NCBI GenBank assembly: GCA_043797125.1
Contig: JAZDPX010000013.1
Span: forward strand, 9,180-73,179
Direction: 5' to 3'
Source: Candidatus Omnitrophota bacterium
GTDB taxonomy: Bacteria > Omnitrophota > Gorgyraeia > JABMRG01 > JAFGKX01
Length of the DNA: 64,000 bases
Shown here: positions 36,171-46,943 of the stretch, piece after piece
How positions within the stretch are numbered: the first letter of the stretch is position 1
How the letters are laid out: the number at the start of each line of letters is the position of its first letter
Program-made: the position numbers and the translations under genes
The notes under the pieces: generated by a model
The model's input: only the letters and a program-made list of their open reading frames with translations
The model's database searches: none
What the model was told of the DNA's origin: nothing

Positions 36171-38323
36171 TTCATCAACTCAAATAAAACTTTAGCCGCG
36201 AATAAAGGCATTCTCGTTTCATAGGTAGGGAGTCTTTTTATCTCAAATAAATCTGTATCATTGGTATTTAAACAACCGCCTATTGCAGTTACGGCACATT
36301 GATAACCCGCCCTTTTTAATAAGTCTTTGATTTCCGGGTTAAAATCTTCCTTCATGCCATTAGGATAGCAAAATGCAATTACGGGCTTATTAGCATGTTT
36401 TTCTATCTCTTCTTTTGATTCTTTAATTTCCTTCCAGGCCTCTTCTAGGGGAATATTAGTCAAAATAGGATGGTTTACTGTATGCCCACCAAAATCTATA
36501 GCCTCTTTAGCCATTTCTCCAATTTCTTGCCCGTTAAGCATTCCCTGACTATCAGATATGCCTTTAGGGTCAACACTTACTTCTCTTTCAATCTCAGCTA
36601 AAACCTCTTTCTTTATTATCTCGTTTGTTCTCTTTAACGACTCTTTTATACGTTCTATAGCTTTCTTCCTATCTTTATCGGTCAAAAGTGCAAACTTCTC
36701 ACTATACCCGTCAATTTTAACTGTTAGAGTTGGTTTATTAGTTTTTTGTACTAAATAACTAATCTTATCAGTCCAGATTAATCTACCATTACCTAATAAG
36801 CCGGTCGCAAGAAAAATCGTTGCCGGCAAACCATATCTTTTTAAAATGGGAAATGCGCAGTCGTAAGTATTCTTATACCCATCGTCAAAAGTAATTACTG
36901 CCCTATTGGCCTTTATGTAATTTTTGTGTGCTAGTAATTCTGGGAAGCCTACCACATTAAAATATCTTCTTATGAAGTCGACCTGTTTTTCAAATACCTG
37001 AACTGGTAATCCGCTAAAAACCGATTTTCCCTCAAGCACTTTATGGTACATAAAAATAACGGTCTTTTTATTCTTTATAAATAATTTTAGAGCTAATTGC
37101 GTTAGGCCGCAATAATAAAGGATATAACAGATAAAATGTTTTATAATGTCGTACAAAAAATTCTTTTTATTGCATTCTTGGATCAGCGTATTATAAAATT
37201 TCTCAATATTTCTTACTGTCTTATTGATATTAAAATTCTCTTCTACTCTTAACCTACCGGCCCTTCCCATTTGTTGTGATAATTCATTATCCTCTAATAA
37301 AATATTGATATAACGTGCTAAAGCCTTATAATCTCCGGGAGGAGATAAAAATCCAGTTTTCCCTTCTTGAATAATCTCTGGAGGCGCTCCTATGTTTGTT
37401 GCAATAATTGGTTTACCTGCAGCCATCGCCTCAATTATGACCAAGCCAAACGGTTCGGGGTCAGTGGAAGCGTGAACAACAACATCCAACCCCTTTAAAA
37501 CGCTATTGATATCCTTCTGCCAACCTGTAAAAATAACGCTGTTATCCAGTTGTAAATCGGAGCGTAATTTTTTTAATTCTTTTAAATAAGCCTTCTTGCT
37601 TGTTAGGTCGTCACCAATAATGTAGAATTTTGCGTAAGGAAATTTCTCTAAGGTCAACTTGGCTGCTCTAATAAAAACATCCTGACCTTTCCAGTCATCA
37701 ATCCTGCCTAAGATGCCGACTTTTTTAAAATTCCCGCTATTTAATATCGCTTTATTTACGGATCTGTCAAATTCCTTCAAATCAATTCCATTATAAATTG
37801 TTACTAATTTATCCCAGCCAATCTGACGCGCATATCCTTCGGCACCAGCTTCAGAAACCATAATAAACCTGTATATGAACCTCCCAAATACTCTTTCTAT
37901 AAATGTTAGCCTCTCTATACCATGGGGCTGACAGATAACCTTCCTGCCAGTAATCATACCAGCTATGATTGCCGGAATGTGCGCATATATTTCGTTATTA
38001 AGATGGATATAATTGATTTTCTTTCTCAAAATCAAGCCTACAAGCCAAAAAGCATAAGGAATTTCGCTAAATAAAAAAAACTGCGTTCTGCATAAATATC
38101 TTATTATTGCTGAGTTTTTTTCACTATAGCCAAAATCACGTGGCCCCTTTACAATAACTTCCTTCCCGCAGCGCATCAATTCTTTTATCCTCTCACCGCA
38201 ACTATACGCAATAACCACGGGGTAGAATTTTTCCTCATTAAGGTGTGTAAGGAGCATACTTAATATCTTAGCTGAACCACCACTACCACTCCCTGCTTCA
38301 ATAAATAAAATTCTTGTCTGCAT
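36167..38323 (-). CDS. GT4 glycosyltransferase fused to NodB-type polysaccharide deacetylase
   Basis: GT4 N-terminal half (GLVIIEAMAAGKPIIAT) and a C-terminal CE4 domain (VITFDDGYKNTYDCAFPILKRYGLPATIF; GHTVNHP). Confidence 0.8.
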   Translation of the reverse strand: MQTRILFIEAGSGSGGSAKILSMLLTHLNEEKFYPVVIAYSCGERIKELMRCGKEVIVKGPRDFGYSEKNSAIIRYLCRTQFFLFSEIPYAFWLVGLILRKKINYIHLNNEIYAHIPAIIAGMITGRKVICQPHGIERLTFIERVFGRFIYRFIMVSEAGAEGYARQIGWDKLVTIYNGIDLKEFDRSVNKAILNSGNFKKVGILGRIDDWKGQDVFIRAAKLTLEKFPYAKFYIIGDDLTSKKAYLKELKKLRSDLQLDNSVIFTGWQKDINSVLKGLDVVVHASTDPEPFGLVIIEAMAAGKPIIATNIGAPPEIIQEGKTGFLSPPGDYKALARYINILLEDNELSQQMGRAGRLRVEENFNINKTVRNIEKFYNTLIQECNKKNFLYDIIKHFICYILYYCGLTQLALKLFIKNKKTVIFMYHKVLEGKSVFSGLPVQVFEKQVDFIRRYFNVVGFPELLAHKNYIKANRAVITFDDGYKNTYDCAFPILKRYGLPATIFLATGLLGNGRLIWTDKISYLVQKTNKPTLTVKIDGYSEKFALLTDKDRKKAIERIKESLKRTNEIIKKEVLAEIEREVSVDPKGISDSQGMLNGQEIGEMAKEAIDFGGHTVNHPILTNIPLEEAWKEIKESKEEIEKHANKPVIAFCYPNGMKEDFNPEIKDLLKRAGYQCAVTAIGGCLNTNDTDLFEIKRLPTYETRMPLFAAKVLFELMK

Positions 38324-38334
38324 TTATAGTACCT

Positions 38335-39555
38335 TTAATTTAACGCCGGTTTACTATTGCGCATCAGCGAACAGTAAGCATTTTGAATTTCCTTGGAAAT
38401 TACATCCCAATTGAATCTCTTGCTTACAAATTCATAACCATTTTTCCCTAAAGTTAAACACCACTTATCATCTGCAATCAATCTTTCTATATTCTTAGCG
38501 AGTGCTTCTATGTCTTCGACGTCAGAAACAACTAACCCATTCTCACCGTGCCTCACAGTTTCTAATAATCCCCCATTAGCAGATGCTAAAACTGGTATGC
38601 CAGTGGCCATTGCCTCTATGGCTATATTACCCAAGCCCTCTTTCACTATTGATGGTATAACTAAAATGTCACCTAAGAGATAATATCTATCAATTTGTTC
38701 ATAAGGTATTTTATCGGTAAACATAACTTTATCGTTTGCGCTTTTGCGTGCTAATCTTTTAATATATGAAAAGTACTGTCTGCATTCCGCATCCTCGGGG
38801 CTTGCACCACCCACGATTACTAATCTTACCTTTCCGTTTTTTTCAATTATTCTAGTGAGTGCCTCTATTAATAGATGTATGCCCTTATTTTGAGCAATCC
38901 TGCCGACATATAAAATCACCTTCTCATCTCTGGTTATTTTAAACTTTTCTCTAATCACTTCTCTTTCTTTATTCCTTAACCAATGAGGCATGAATCTATT
39001 TTGGTCATATCCGTTGTATATATGAACTATATTTTGATAGCCAGGAAGTTTCTTTTTCGTTTCTTTGGCTAAAAACATGCTGCATCCAATTAGCAAATCT
39101 ATCTTTCTTAAAATCTTACTATTCCATACCCGCTTAATATCTAGAATGGCTAATTGATGAATATGTAAAATAATTTTAGATTTAGGATTGAGAAATTTTA
39201 TTACAGGCACAAATTGTATGCGGTTATGTATGTGAATTATATCGGGTTTTAACCTACGTATTTTCCATGCACACCAGAACGAATAAGGGAGCCAATAAAG
39301 ATAAGAATTACTCCTTTTAAAAGGCAGTTTATAAGTCAAAGTAAAAAGCTTAGAAATTACCCCGGGTTTAAAACGATAGTAAGTTATGTTTTCCTTCTTT
39401 TCGTATTTAGAAAGTTTCTTCTCGTATATAGATAAACAGTAAATCTTGAATGACTTGGGCAAACGAATCATTATTTCAAAAATCCAAGCTTCAACAGCGC
39501 CTCCCCTTGTGGGGGGTACAGGTAATGTCTCCGGAGAAATAAATATTATTTTCAT
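38335..39555 (-). CDS. GT4 glycosyltransferase
   Basis: GT4 C-terminal motif (GLGNIAIEAMATGIPVLAS). Confidence 0.75.
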   Translation of the reverse strand: MKIIFISPETLPVPPTRGGAVEAWIFEIMIRLPKSFKIYCLSIYEKKLSKYEKKENITYYRFKPGVISKLFTLTYKLPFKRSNSYLYWLPYSFWCAWKIRRLKPDIIHIHNRIQFVPVIKFLNPKSKIILHIHQLAILDIKRVWNSKILRKIDLLIGCSMFLAKETKKKLPGYQNIVHIYNGYDQNRFMPHWLRNKEREVIREKFKITRDEKVILYVGRIAQNKGIHLLIEALTRIIEKNGKVRLVIVGGASPEDAECRQYFSYIKRLARKSANDKVMFTDKIPYEQIDRYYLLGDILVIPSIVKEGLGNIAIEAMATGIPVLASANGGLLETVRHGENGLVVSDVEDIEALAKNIERLIADDKWCLTLGKNGYEFVSKRFNWDVISKEIQNAYCSLMRNSKPALN

Positions 39556-40412
39556 AACTTAAATTTAACTAATCTCCTATAAGCATATCCTAAGAAAAAG
39601 GATATTTTACAAGTATGGGCTATCCTTTCTTCTGAATTAAAAAAATTGAATGTTAAATTTACAATATTAGATAGAGTCTTTCTTATTCTCCACTTCTGAA
39701 AATTTTGGTTATTATCAATATCAAAGCGCGCCATATCGTTTCCGCTCAGATAATACCATTTAATGAAATAAGATTTTGTGGCTCTCTGTTTTGTAATCAT
39801 ATGATATACAATTAAAGCGGGGTTATAAACAATACATTCTTTGTCTCGAATTATTTTACTAAATGCCGAATCTTCTCGGCAATACGGTAAAAATAGCGTT
39901 TTTTCAAATACTTTTCTTCTACAGGCCATATTGCAACCTATGGCATATCTAATTTCTTTTGTCTCGTTCCCATTATTAATATCAACTATTGGCTCTTTTA
40001 CTTTAGATGAATACCATCGCGGGATTTCACAAGGCCAGATCGGAATAACTCTGCCACTTATTACATTTACACTATCGTCTAGGAAGGTTCCCCATATAGT
40101 TTGCAGCCAATCAGAAGGCAAAGTGATATCATCATCCGTAAAAGCAATGATGTCTCCCATCGCTTCTTTTATACCTCTATTTAAAGCGTAAGACTTTCCT
40201 TGCTGGGGTTCAAATAAATACTTTAATCTACGGTTAGATTTTCTAATATAGGATTCGATTAAATCCTTTGTTCCATCATTTGAATTATTATCTATAATAA
40301 TTATCTCGTAATCAAAATAATCCTTAAACTCCTGCTTAAGAAGAGATTGTAATAAATTATTTAGACTATAATGGCGATTATATGTACTAATTATAACGCT
40401 TACGCTTAGCAT
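39552..40412 (-). CDS. GT2 glycosyltransferase
   Basis: VSVIISTYNRHYSL...IIIDNNSNDGT N-terminal GT2 motif. Confidence 0.8.
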   Translation of the reverse strand: MLSVSVIISTYNRHYSLNNLLQSLLKQEFKDYFDYEIIIIDNNSNDGTKDLIESYIRKSNRRLKYLFEPQQGKSYALNRGIKEAMGDIIAFTDDDITLPSDWLQTIWGTFLDDSVNVISGRVIPIWPCEIPRWYSSKVKEPIVDINNGNETKEIRYAIGCNMACRRKVFEKTLFLPYCREDSAFSKIIRDKECIVYNPALIVYHMITKQRATKSYFIKWYYLSGNDMARFDIDNNQNFQKWRIRKTLSNIVNLTFNFFNSEERIAHTCKISFFLGYAYRRLVKFKL

Positions 40413-41373
40413 ATCTTACCCCTATCTTTAATATTAAACCCACAAAGCTTTTCCAATATTTTAATTCCAATGGGTTTAATTGTATAATTTCTTTGTAAAA
40501 AGATAATCTGTTCCTTGGATCTTCTAGTTGCCACGTCTTCTCCCAAAATTTTTCTGCAAGATACCTTTTCCCTAAAATATACCTATAGTTAGTGAAAAGA
40601 TTTTCAGTTAACTTATTTAAACATTTTAGCTGATACGTTTCTATTACTTTTATGCTCTCTTTATTCCAACCTGCAAGATAAAATCTATATATACTTAACG
40701 GCTTATTAATATATCCTACGTTCTTAATCTTAGGGTGCAAAATACATCGCCACCACATATCATTATCTTCGTAATACTTTAGCGAACAATCAAATAATTC
40801 ATTTAATTCGTTCAATAAAAACTGCCTGTTAAGAAAAATTGTGTAAGTAGTACAACCTAAAATTTTAAGAGCAATTTTTAAAAAACTTTTTTGTTTTATA
40901 ACGTATTTATTTGCACAATTACAAATACTATTATTTTCTAAAGGGAAAAAACTTGTGTAGTTACTTATCTTTAGCCGCGGTGATAGCATATCTAAATTAT
41001 GTAGTTCTTGCTCAGAGTGAACTTCGTAAAAATCCGAAAATGTAATTATTAAACTATTTTGTTCTGAAAATCTTACGAGTTCATCTAGCCTATCTGGTAG
41101 CATTAAGTCGTCGGCATCTAAAAATGCTATGTATTCTCCTGTGGCCTGCCGAATTCCTAAATTCCGCGCTGAAGAAACACCTTTATTTTCTTGATAAAAA
41201 TACCTAATTTTATTATTATATTTGGATAGGATTTCTTTTGTATTGTCAGTTGAACCGTCGTCAATTACAACAATTTCATAATCAGTGTAAGTTTGAGCTA
41301 AAACGCTATCGACGGCTTCAGATATAAAGCTGGCATTATTATAAGTTGGTATTATGACACTAACTAGTGACAT
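40387..41373 (-). CDS. GT2 glycosyltransferase
   Basis: VSVIIPTYNNASFI...VVIDDGSTDNT and a DAD motif (FLDADDL). Confidence 0.8.
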   Translation of the reverse strand: MSLVSVIIPTYNNASFISEAVDSVLAQTYTDYEIVVIDDGSTDNTKEILSKYNNKIRYFYQENKGVSSARNLGIRQATGEYIAFLDADDLMLPDRLDELVRFSEQNSLIITFSDFYEVHSEQELHNLDMLSPRLKISNYTSFFPLENNSICNCANKYVIKQKSFLKIALKILGCTTYTIFLNRQFLLNELNELFDCSLKYYEDNDMWWRCILHPKIKNVGYINKPLSIYRFYLAGWNKESIKVIETYQLKCLNKLTENLFTNYRYILGKRYLAEKFWEKTWQLEDPRNRLSFYKEIIQLNPLELKYWKSFVGLILKIGVRYAKRKRYN

Positions 41374-42577
41374 CTTGAAAGACTTCCTCTATCAGTTTCT
41401 CCACTATCTTTATATCATATCTAGACTGAATATATTTATAGCCTTCTTGACTTAATCGCAGCCCCAATTCAAAGTTGTTCATTAAATTCACACAACTTTT
41501 TGCAAAACTGTTCACGTCATCCGCTAAAATGCCATGCACACCGGAGGTTATTCCTAAGCCTTCCGCTCCAATAGAAGTAGAAACTACGGGCCTCCTACAG
41601 GCTAAGGCTTCTAAAATTTTAATCCGTGTTCCTCCCGCAATTCTTAGCGGTACCACCACAAGCGAACTGTTCTCATAATATGGGGCTACATCGGGAACGG
41701 AAGGAAAAAGAAAGACTGATTTATCGTCTGCAAGTTTTAAAACTTCTTCCTTTGGAGCCATCCCGACTATATGAAATTTTACCTGAGGTTCCTTTTGTTT
41801 TATCAATGGCAGTACATCTTTCACAAACCATCTTACTGCATCTACATTTGGACCGTATGAAAGAAGCCCACAGAATAAAATTATCTTTTTACTGTAAGTT
41901 GCCTTATTAAAATCAACTATATTATCGTAGGTAGAGATATTAACAGAATTCGGAATAACGCTAATATTCTTAAGTAGCCTTTCTTTTCTAAGATAATGGC
42001 TGTCTTTATCTGAGCAAACCAAAACACTTTGGAAAAACTTGAGTCTCTTATAGTAGCTTCTCAATAACCAATTATTGTATTTTCTTCGTAATTTATCATA
42101 TAAATTTTTACTTTTAGTTAAGCTTATTTTACGACTAACCTTTATAAATTCAATATCATCTAAATCTACTATTGCCTTGCTCTTAATTTTATGTCTATTT
42201 TTAATGAAATATTGCGCTAAATCTATATGGCGAGTAAAAACTATATCGAAATTATGCGTGCTAATGATTTCTAGGAATTTACGATTTACTCCCTCAGAGT
42301 ATCTTTCATAAATTTCCCAAGGAATTCCCTTAAGTAAGTTCTGTGTTCTTTGCCATTTATTTATCTGTTCTAGTTTTAATCGATCGCTAACGGCAGGATA
42401 AAACCACATATTTTTAAAATATTGTACGTTTTTCTGATGATCGTCATTGTTAGATGCTAAATAAAACATGCTTAATTCATGTTCACGATAAAGACTCCTC
42501 ACAAAGTTCCAAATCCTTATTCTACTACCACAATTTAGGGGAAATGGTGGCTGGTTTTCTAGAATCAGAATCCTCAT
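41360..42577 (-). CDS. GT4 glycosyltransferase
   Basis: GT4 C-terminal domain (RIKILEALACRRPVVSTSIGAEG). Confidence 0.7.
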   Translation of the reverse strand: MRILILENQPPFPLNCGSRIRIWNFVRSLYREHELSMFYLASNNDDHQKNVQYFKNMWFYPAVSDRLKLEQINKWQRTQNLLKGIPWEIYERYSEGVNRKFLEIISTHNFDIVFTRHIDLAQYFIKNRHKIKSKAIVDLDDIEFIKVSRKISLTKSKNLYDKLRRKYNNWLLRSYYKRLKFFQSVLVCSDKDSHYLRKERLLKNISVIPNSVNISTYDNIVDFNKATYSKKIILFCGLLSYGPNVDAVRWFVKDVLPLIKQKEPQVKFHIVGMAPKEEVLKLADDKSVFLFPSVPDVAPYYENSSLVVVPLRIAGGTRIKILEALACRRPVVSTSIGAEGLGITSGVHGILADDVNSFAKSCVNLMNNFELGLRLSQEGYKYIQSRYDIKIVEKLIEEVFQDVTS

Positions 42578-42578
42578 A

Positions 42579-43826
42579 TTATTCCTTCTTTGACCATATC
42601 GCTGGCATACTAATCACAGCATTGCCTTTTATGCTCATTTCCGCAGGATTCTGAATTTTAAATATAGCCTTATCGCTTGAGGCATAAGGATGGATCAAAT
42701 CTTTATCCCAAATACCTGTTTTTGCTATATACACACCTGGGGCTAAACTTATTTTTCCTAATTCAACTCTGACTTTTCCTTTATTTTGTATATTCGGCAT
42801 TGAAAATCCATTATCCGCAGTATTTGATGAGCAACAGAGCACGCCATCAGCGCGGATTATATCCAAGGAGAATATGGGATTTTCTATCTTTCCTTTCGAT
42901 TCATACTCTATTTCTAAAGATATCGATTCACCAATTTGAAAGTTTTCTTTACTGTTATATTGCCCGTCAAAAAGAGAAACGTTTAAAATTTTAACTAGGG
43001 TCTCCGCATTAGGTTTTACTTCATAGCTAGTAGAGATAAACTTTCTTTTTAATTCCTCCTCACTTTTTCTATAAACAATATTTTGATAGTATGGAATTAC
43101 TCCATCGGGAGAGCCTTCTTTGACGGTTTCGCCTTTATCAAGCAAAATAACCCTTTTACACATATTCTGAATTAATGAAAGATTGTGGGAAACCAATACT
43201 ATTGTGGCTCCTGTATTAAGCAACTCCCGCATCTTCTGGGCGCATTTTGCCTGAAAAGCCATATCTCCTACAGCTAAAACTTCGTCCACTATTAACACAT
43301 CGGGATCCATATGAGCGGCAACTGAAAAACCTAATCTCGCATGCATGCCTGATGAGTATCTTTTTACCGGCGTATCAATAAATTCCCTAATCCCTGAGAA
43401 TTCTACTATCTCCTCAAATTTTGTATCGATTTCTTTTTTCCTCATCCCAAGGATAGTGCCATTAAGATAAATATTTTCCTTCCCTGTTAAGTCATCGTGA
43501 AAACCGGCGCCTACTTCAATTAGGGCTGAAAGGCGGCCTCTAATTTCAATTTTGCCTTTGGTTGGTTCCATAATTTTGGAAAGCAGTTTCAAAATCGTGC
43601 TTTTACCTGCACCGTTTGGACCTATAACACCTAATACTTCGTTTCTTTTAACTTCAAAATTTACATCCCGTAATGCCCAGAAGTCTTTATTATTCTTTAA
43701 GTTGCCGTTAATTCCATTCTTGTTTTTAAAATTACTAAAGAAATTGGGAATAGCATCTCTTAAAGAGTTAAATTTTTCTCCTTTTCTAAATTTTTTCCAC
43801 ACATGATTAAATTCTATTACATTCAT
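42579..43826 (-). CDS. ABC transporter ATP-binding protein, Wzt-type polysaccharide exporter with C-terminal extension
   Basis: Walker A GPNGAGKST, signature YSSGMHARL, Walker B LIVDEVLAVGD, plus an extra C-terminal domain of about 170 aa. Confidence 0.85.
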   Translation of the reverse strand: MNVIEFNHVWKKFRKGEKFNSLRDAIPNFFSNFKNKNGINGNLKNNKDFWALRDVNFEVKRNEVLGVIGPNGAGKSTILKLLSKIMEPTKGKIEIRGRLSALIEVGAGFHDDLTGKENIYLNGTILGMRKKEIDTKFEEIVEFSGIREFIDTPVKRYSSGMHARLGFSVAAHMDPDVLIVDEVLAVGDMAFQAKCAQKMRELLNTGATIVLVSHNLSLIQNMCKRVILLDKGETVKEGSPDGVIPYYQNIVYRKSEEELKRKFISTSYEVKPNAETLVKILNVSLFDGQYNSKENFQIGESISLEIEYESKGKIENPIFSLDIIRADGVLCCSSNTADNGFSMPNIQNKGKVRVELGKISLAPGVYIAKTGIWDKDLIHPYASSDKAIFKIQNPAEMSIKGNAVISMPAIWSKKE

Positions 43827-43834
43827 TTTCGCTC

Positions 43835-44611
43835 CTAAATATTCTCTGCAAATAGCGGTTCTGCCTTATGAAATATACTCATGCCTATGAAAAATATAGC
43901 TGTTGAAACAATTCCCGTATAAGTAAACCAGAACATATCCGGCGCCTGATGCAAAACTATCACGCTGTTCATTGCTTCAAGCAGGCTTCCAATAGGATTT
44001 GCCAGCAAGACAGGCGCCCATTTCCCGAACATGCTGGCATCATAAAAAACAGGGGTAAAAAATATCCCGAACATAAGTATTATCTCAACCACATATTTAA
44101 TATCCCTATAGAAAAGATTTGCCGCTGCCATAAGAAGCCCCAAGCCTGCTGTAAAAAGAACCAGAAATATTATAAGCACAGGAAGCCATAAAATATAAAC
44201 GCTTATCCCTATCTTTGCTACCGCAAGAATAATTGCTAAAGTAATGCTTGCAATTGCAAAATCAAATAAGCAGGCTAGTATCGATGAAAGGGTAAGTACT
44301 TCTCTTGGAAAATATATTTTTGTAACCAGGTTTTTATTTCCGACAAGGCTTTGCACTGCAAATTTTATTGCATTGATAAAAAACGTCCACGGCAATACTT
44401 TAATTGAAATAGAAACCACGCCTTTTAAATCCATAGGCTCCCCAGAAACTACTGACATTGCCTTTTTCACTATAAGGCCGGCTAAAACCGCCACTATAGG
44501 CATAAATATAGCCCATACAAATCCCATGACTGCCTGTTTATAGCGGATTCTTATATCTCTTAGTGTAAGCATAAGTAAAAGGTCGCGGTATTTTATTATT
44601 TCTTTAAACAC
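43835..44611 (-). CDS. ABC-2 type permease (Wzm-like)
   Basis: 258 aa with six TM helices, adjacent to the Wzt-type ATPase. Confidence 0.8.
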   Translation of the reverse strand: MFKEIIKYRDLLLMLTLRDIRIRYKQAVMGFVWAIFMPIVAVLAGLIVKKAMSVVSGEPMDLKGVVSISIKVLPWTFFINAIKFAVQSLVGNKNLVTKIYFPREVLTLSSILACLFDFAIASITLAIILAVAKIGISVYILWLPVLIIFLVLFTAGLGLLMAAANLFYRDIKYVVEIILMFGIFFTPVFYDASMFGKWAPVLLANPIGSLLEAMNSVIVLHQAPDMFWFTYTGIVSTAIFFIGMSIFHKAEPLFAENI

Positions 44612-44639
44612 TGATATCTCCTTCTTCTCTAGCTAAAAT

Positions 44640-46547
44640 TTACAAAACTGGCACTTTAATTTCTGTGTTACAAATATACTCCCTATGCCACATCTCAAAC
44701 ATAAACCATGCCCAGATGAGGCGCCAGTTTTGCAGGTATTTCCCGCTGTAAAATTGTTCAATTGTCTTTTTTACAAATTCTATATCAAAGTAGGTATGTA
44801 TGCTGCTGTCAGATGACAAAACATGATCTAAAATCATATCTTTAAACTCATTTCTCATCCATTTTCTGTAAGGAGGCTCAAAACCTGTCTTGCGGTTTGT
44901 TAAAACATAATCCGGCAGGTGCTTCCCAAAAGTCTTTTTCAGTATGTACTTTTTTATTGGGTTAAATACACCTTTAATCTTATACTCAAGCGGAATAGTA
45001 GAAATAAAATCCATAACCTCAATATCCAAAAATGGCGTTCTGAATTCCATTGAGCTGGCGCTAAGCATACGGTCTACTTTAACAAGCAAATCATCCTGAA
45101 GGAAAAACAAAACATCTTTATAGAGAAGTTGATCTATAAAATCGCTTCTGTTTGATTCAGAGAACCATTTGCTGTTTATTGCTAAAGAAATATCGCCGTT
45201 TATCTGTTTTTTAAAATCATCATTGTAAATCTTTTCCTTTTTTGAATAAGGCAGAATATCTTTTCTGGTTGAGAAGCGTTCATAAAGCGACAGGCATTCA
45301 ATTTTGGTGTTCCTGATTATTTTTTCGCAAAGGACATTATTCGTTTCCATGGTACATATTGGCTTTAAAAGCGGGCTTAAAACTCTGCATCTTAAGACCT
45401 CCGGCAATAAGCGCAGCTGCTTTTTCCATTCCGCATAAACTATACTGCCGCCTAAAAGCTGATCTGAACCGTCTCCTGTGAATACCACATCAGAATTTTT
45501 ACTGGCAACTAATCCGCCATAATAAGTAGGGATTGCCGAGGAATCATAAAACGGCAAATCAGTATGCCTAATTATTTTGGGCAGGGTATCTTTTGCCATT
45601 TCTGCATCCACTACTACATCGTGCATCTGGACATCTAAAAAGTTTGCGGTTTTTTTGGCATACGGGAGCTCGTCATACTCTTGGTCATCAAAACCAACTG
45701 AGAAAACATTAAATTTTTTATTTAACACCTGTTTCATAAGAAAGGTAACTACGCTTGAATCTATGCCGCTGCTTAAAAATGCGCCTGCGTTGCTTTCTCC
45801 TTCAAGACGTTTTTTTACTGATTTTGCTAATAAACTGTATAAACTTTCAGAGCACTCTTTCTCATTAAGTTTTATATCTACGGACTTACTATTGTATTTC
45901 CAATAGGGTATAATTTTGGTTTCATCATTACTACAAATAAGAAAAGAGCCTGCCGGCACCTGTTTAACTCCTTTGAAAAGCGTGTCAGGGCAAGGCACAT
46001 CATGAAGCGTAAAATAGGCATCAATGCTTATTGGGTCAATCTCTCTTTCAATGCTTGGATCTGCCAAAATTGCCTTTATTTCCGAACCAAAGATTATGGA
46101 GTCTTGCTTCTGGTAGTAATATAGGGGTTTATTGCCTGAATGATTCCTGGCTAAAATAAGCTTACGGCTAATCCCATCCCAAAGACAAAAAGCAAACTCG
46201 CCATCTATCAATTTAATAAAATCTTCTCCGCGTAAATCGTAAAGCATTGTTAAGATCTCTGATTCCGCTTTCTTAGAAAGCGATCCGTTTTCACCAGGGA
46301 TTAAAGAGCATAGTTCTTTCTTATTAAAGATTTTACCGTCTAACACACACCAAAGATTTTTTCTGCCATCATGCCCTGATTGGACATCGCGCCTGGAATA
46401 TTGTACTGCCAGGCCTATATTATTATTAATATAGGCCTCTCTAAAATGCGGGCCTCTATGCTTAATCGTGCTCGACATTTTGTTGAGTAAATCGGGGCTT
46501 ATCAGGTCCTTTGAGTTATAATTATATATCCCGCAAATTCCGCTCAT
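44640..46547 (-). CDS. asparagine synthetase (glutamine-hydrolysing) family amidotransferase, EPS-locus type
   Basis: N-terminal nucleophile region (SGICGIY) and the PP-loop SGGIDSS. The Cys is residue 5 of the called start, not residue 2. Confidence 0.8.
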   Translation of the reverse strand: MSGICGIYNYNSKDLISPDLLNKMSSTIKHRGPHFREAYINNNIGLAVQYSRRDVQSGHDGRKNLWCVLDGKIFNKKELCSLIPGENGSLSKKAESEILTMLYDLRGEDFIKLIDGEFAFCLWDGISRKLILARNHSGNKPLYYYQKQDSIIFGSEIKAILADPSIEREIDPISIDAYFTLHDVPCPDTLFKGVKQVPAGSFLICSNDETKIIPYWKYNSKSVDIKLNEKECSESLYSLLAKSVKKRLEGESNAGAFLSSGIDSSVVTFLMKQVLNKKFNVFSVGFDDQEYDELPYAKKTANFLDVQMHDVVVDAEMAKDTLPKIIRHTDLPFYDSSAIPTYYGGLVASKNSDVVFTGDGSDQLLGGSIVYAEWKKQLRLLPEVLRCRVLSPLLKPICTMETNNVLCEKIIRNTKIECLSLYERFSTRKDILPYSKKEKIYNDDFKKQINGDISLAINSKWFSESNRSDFIDQLLYKDVLFFLQDDLLVKVDRMLSASSMEFRTPFLDIEVMDFISTIPLEYKIKGVFNPIKKYILKKTFGKHLPDYVLTNRKTGFEPPYRKWMRNEFKDMILDHVLSSDSSIHTYFDIEFVKKTIEQFYSGKYLQNWRLIWAWFMFEMWHREYICNTEIKVPVL

Positions 46548-46939
46548 TTGTGCTCTCTTCCATAATCATCCTCGAGCCTCTCGATATCGTCTTCCTCCAA
46601 ATACTTACCGCACTGGACTTCGATGATGCGAAGGGGCTTGTTAAGCTTGTTTTCAAGGCGGTGAAGCTCGCCCTTCGCGATGTAGGCGCTTTGGTTGGGC
46701 TTTAGGGTGTGGGCTTTTTTGTCTTCAACAATCTTTGCCTCGCCTTCGACTACTACCCAATGCTCGCTGCGCTTGTGGTGTTTCTGAAGGCTTAGTTTTT
46801 TGTTGGGGGATACTTCCACAAGCTTGACTTTGTAGCCATTGCCTTCGATTAGGACTGTGTATGAGCCCCAGGGACGTGTTACTGCTTTAGTCTTTATATT
46901 ATATTTAGTATTATTCATTCTGGGTCCTTTCGTCTTCAT
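46544..46939 (-). CDS. cupin-domain protein (type II mannose-6-phosphate isomerase-like cupin)
   Basis: Cupin motifs (QKHHKRSEHWVVVEGEA; GELHRLEN). Confidence 0.65.
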   Translation of the reverse strand: MKTKGPRMNNTKYNIKTKAVTRPWGSYTVLIEGNGYKVKLVEVSPNKKLSLQKHHKRSEHWVVVEGEAKIVEDKKAHTLKPNQSAYIAKGELHRLENKLNKPLRIIEVQCGKYLEEDDIERLEDDYGREHK

Positions 46940-46943
46940 TGGG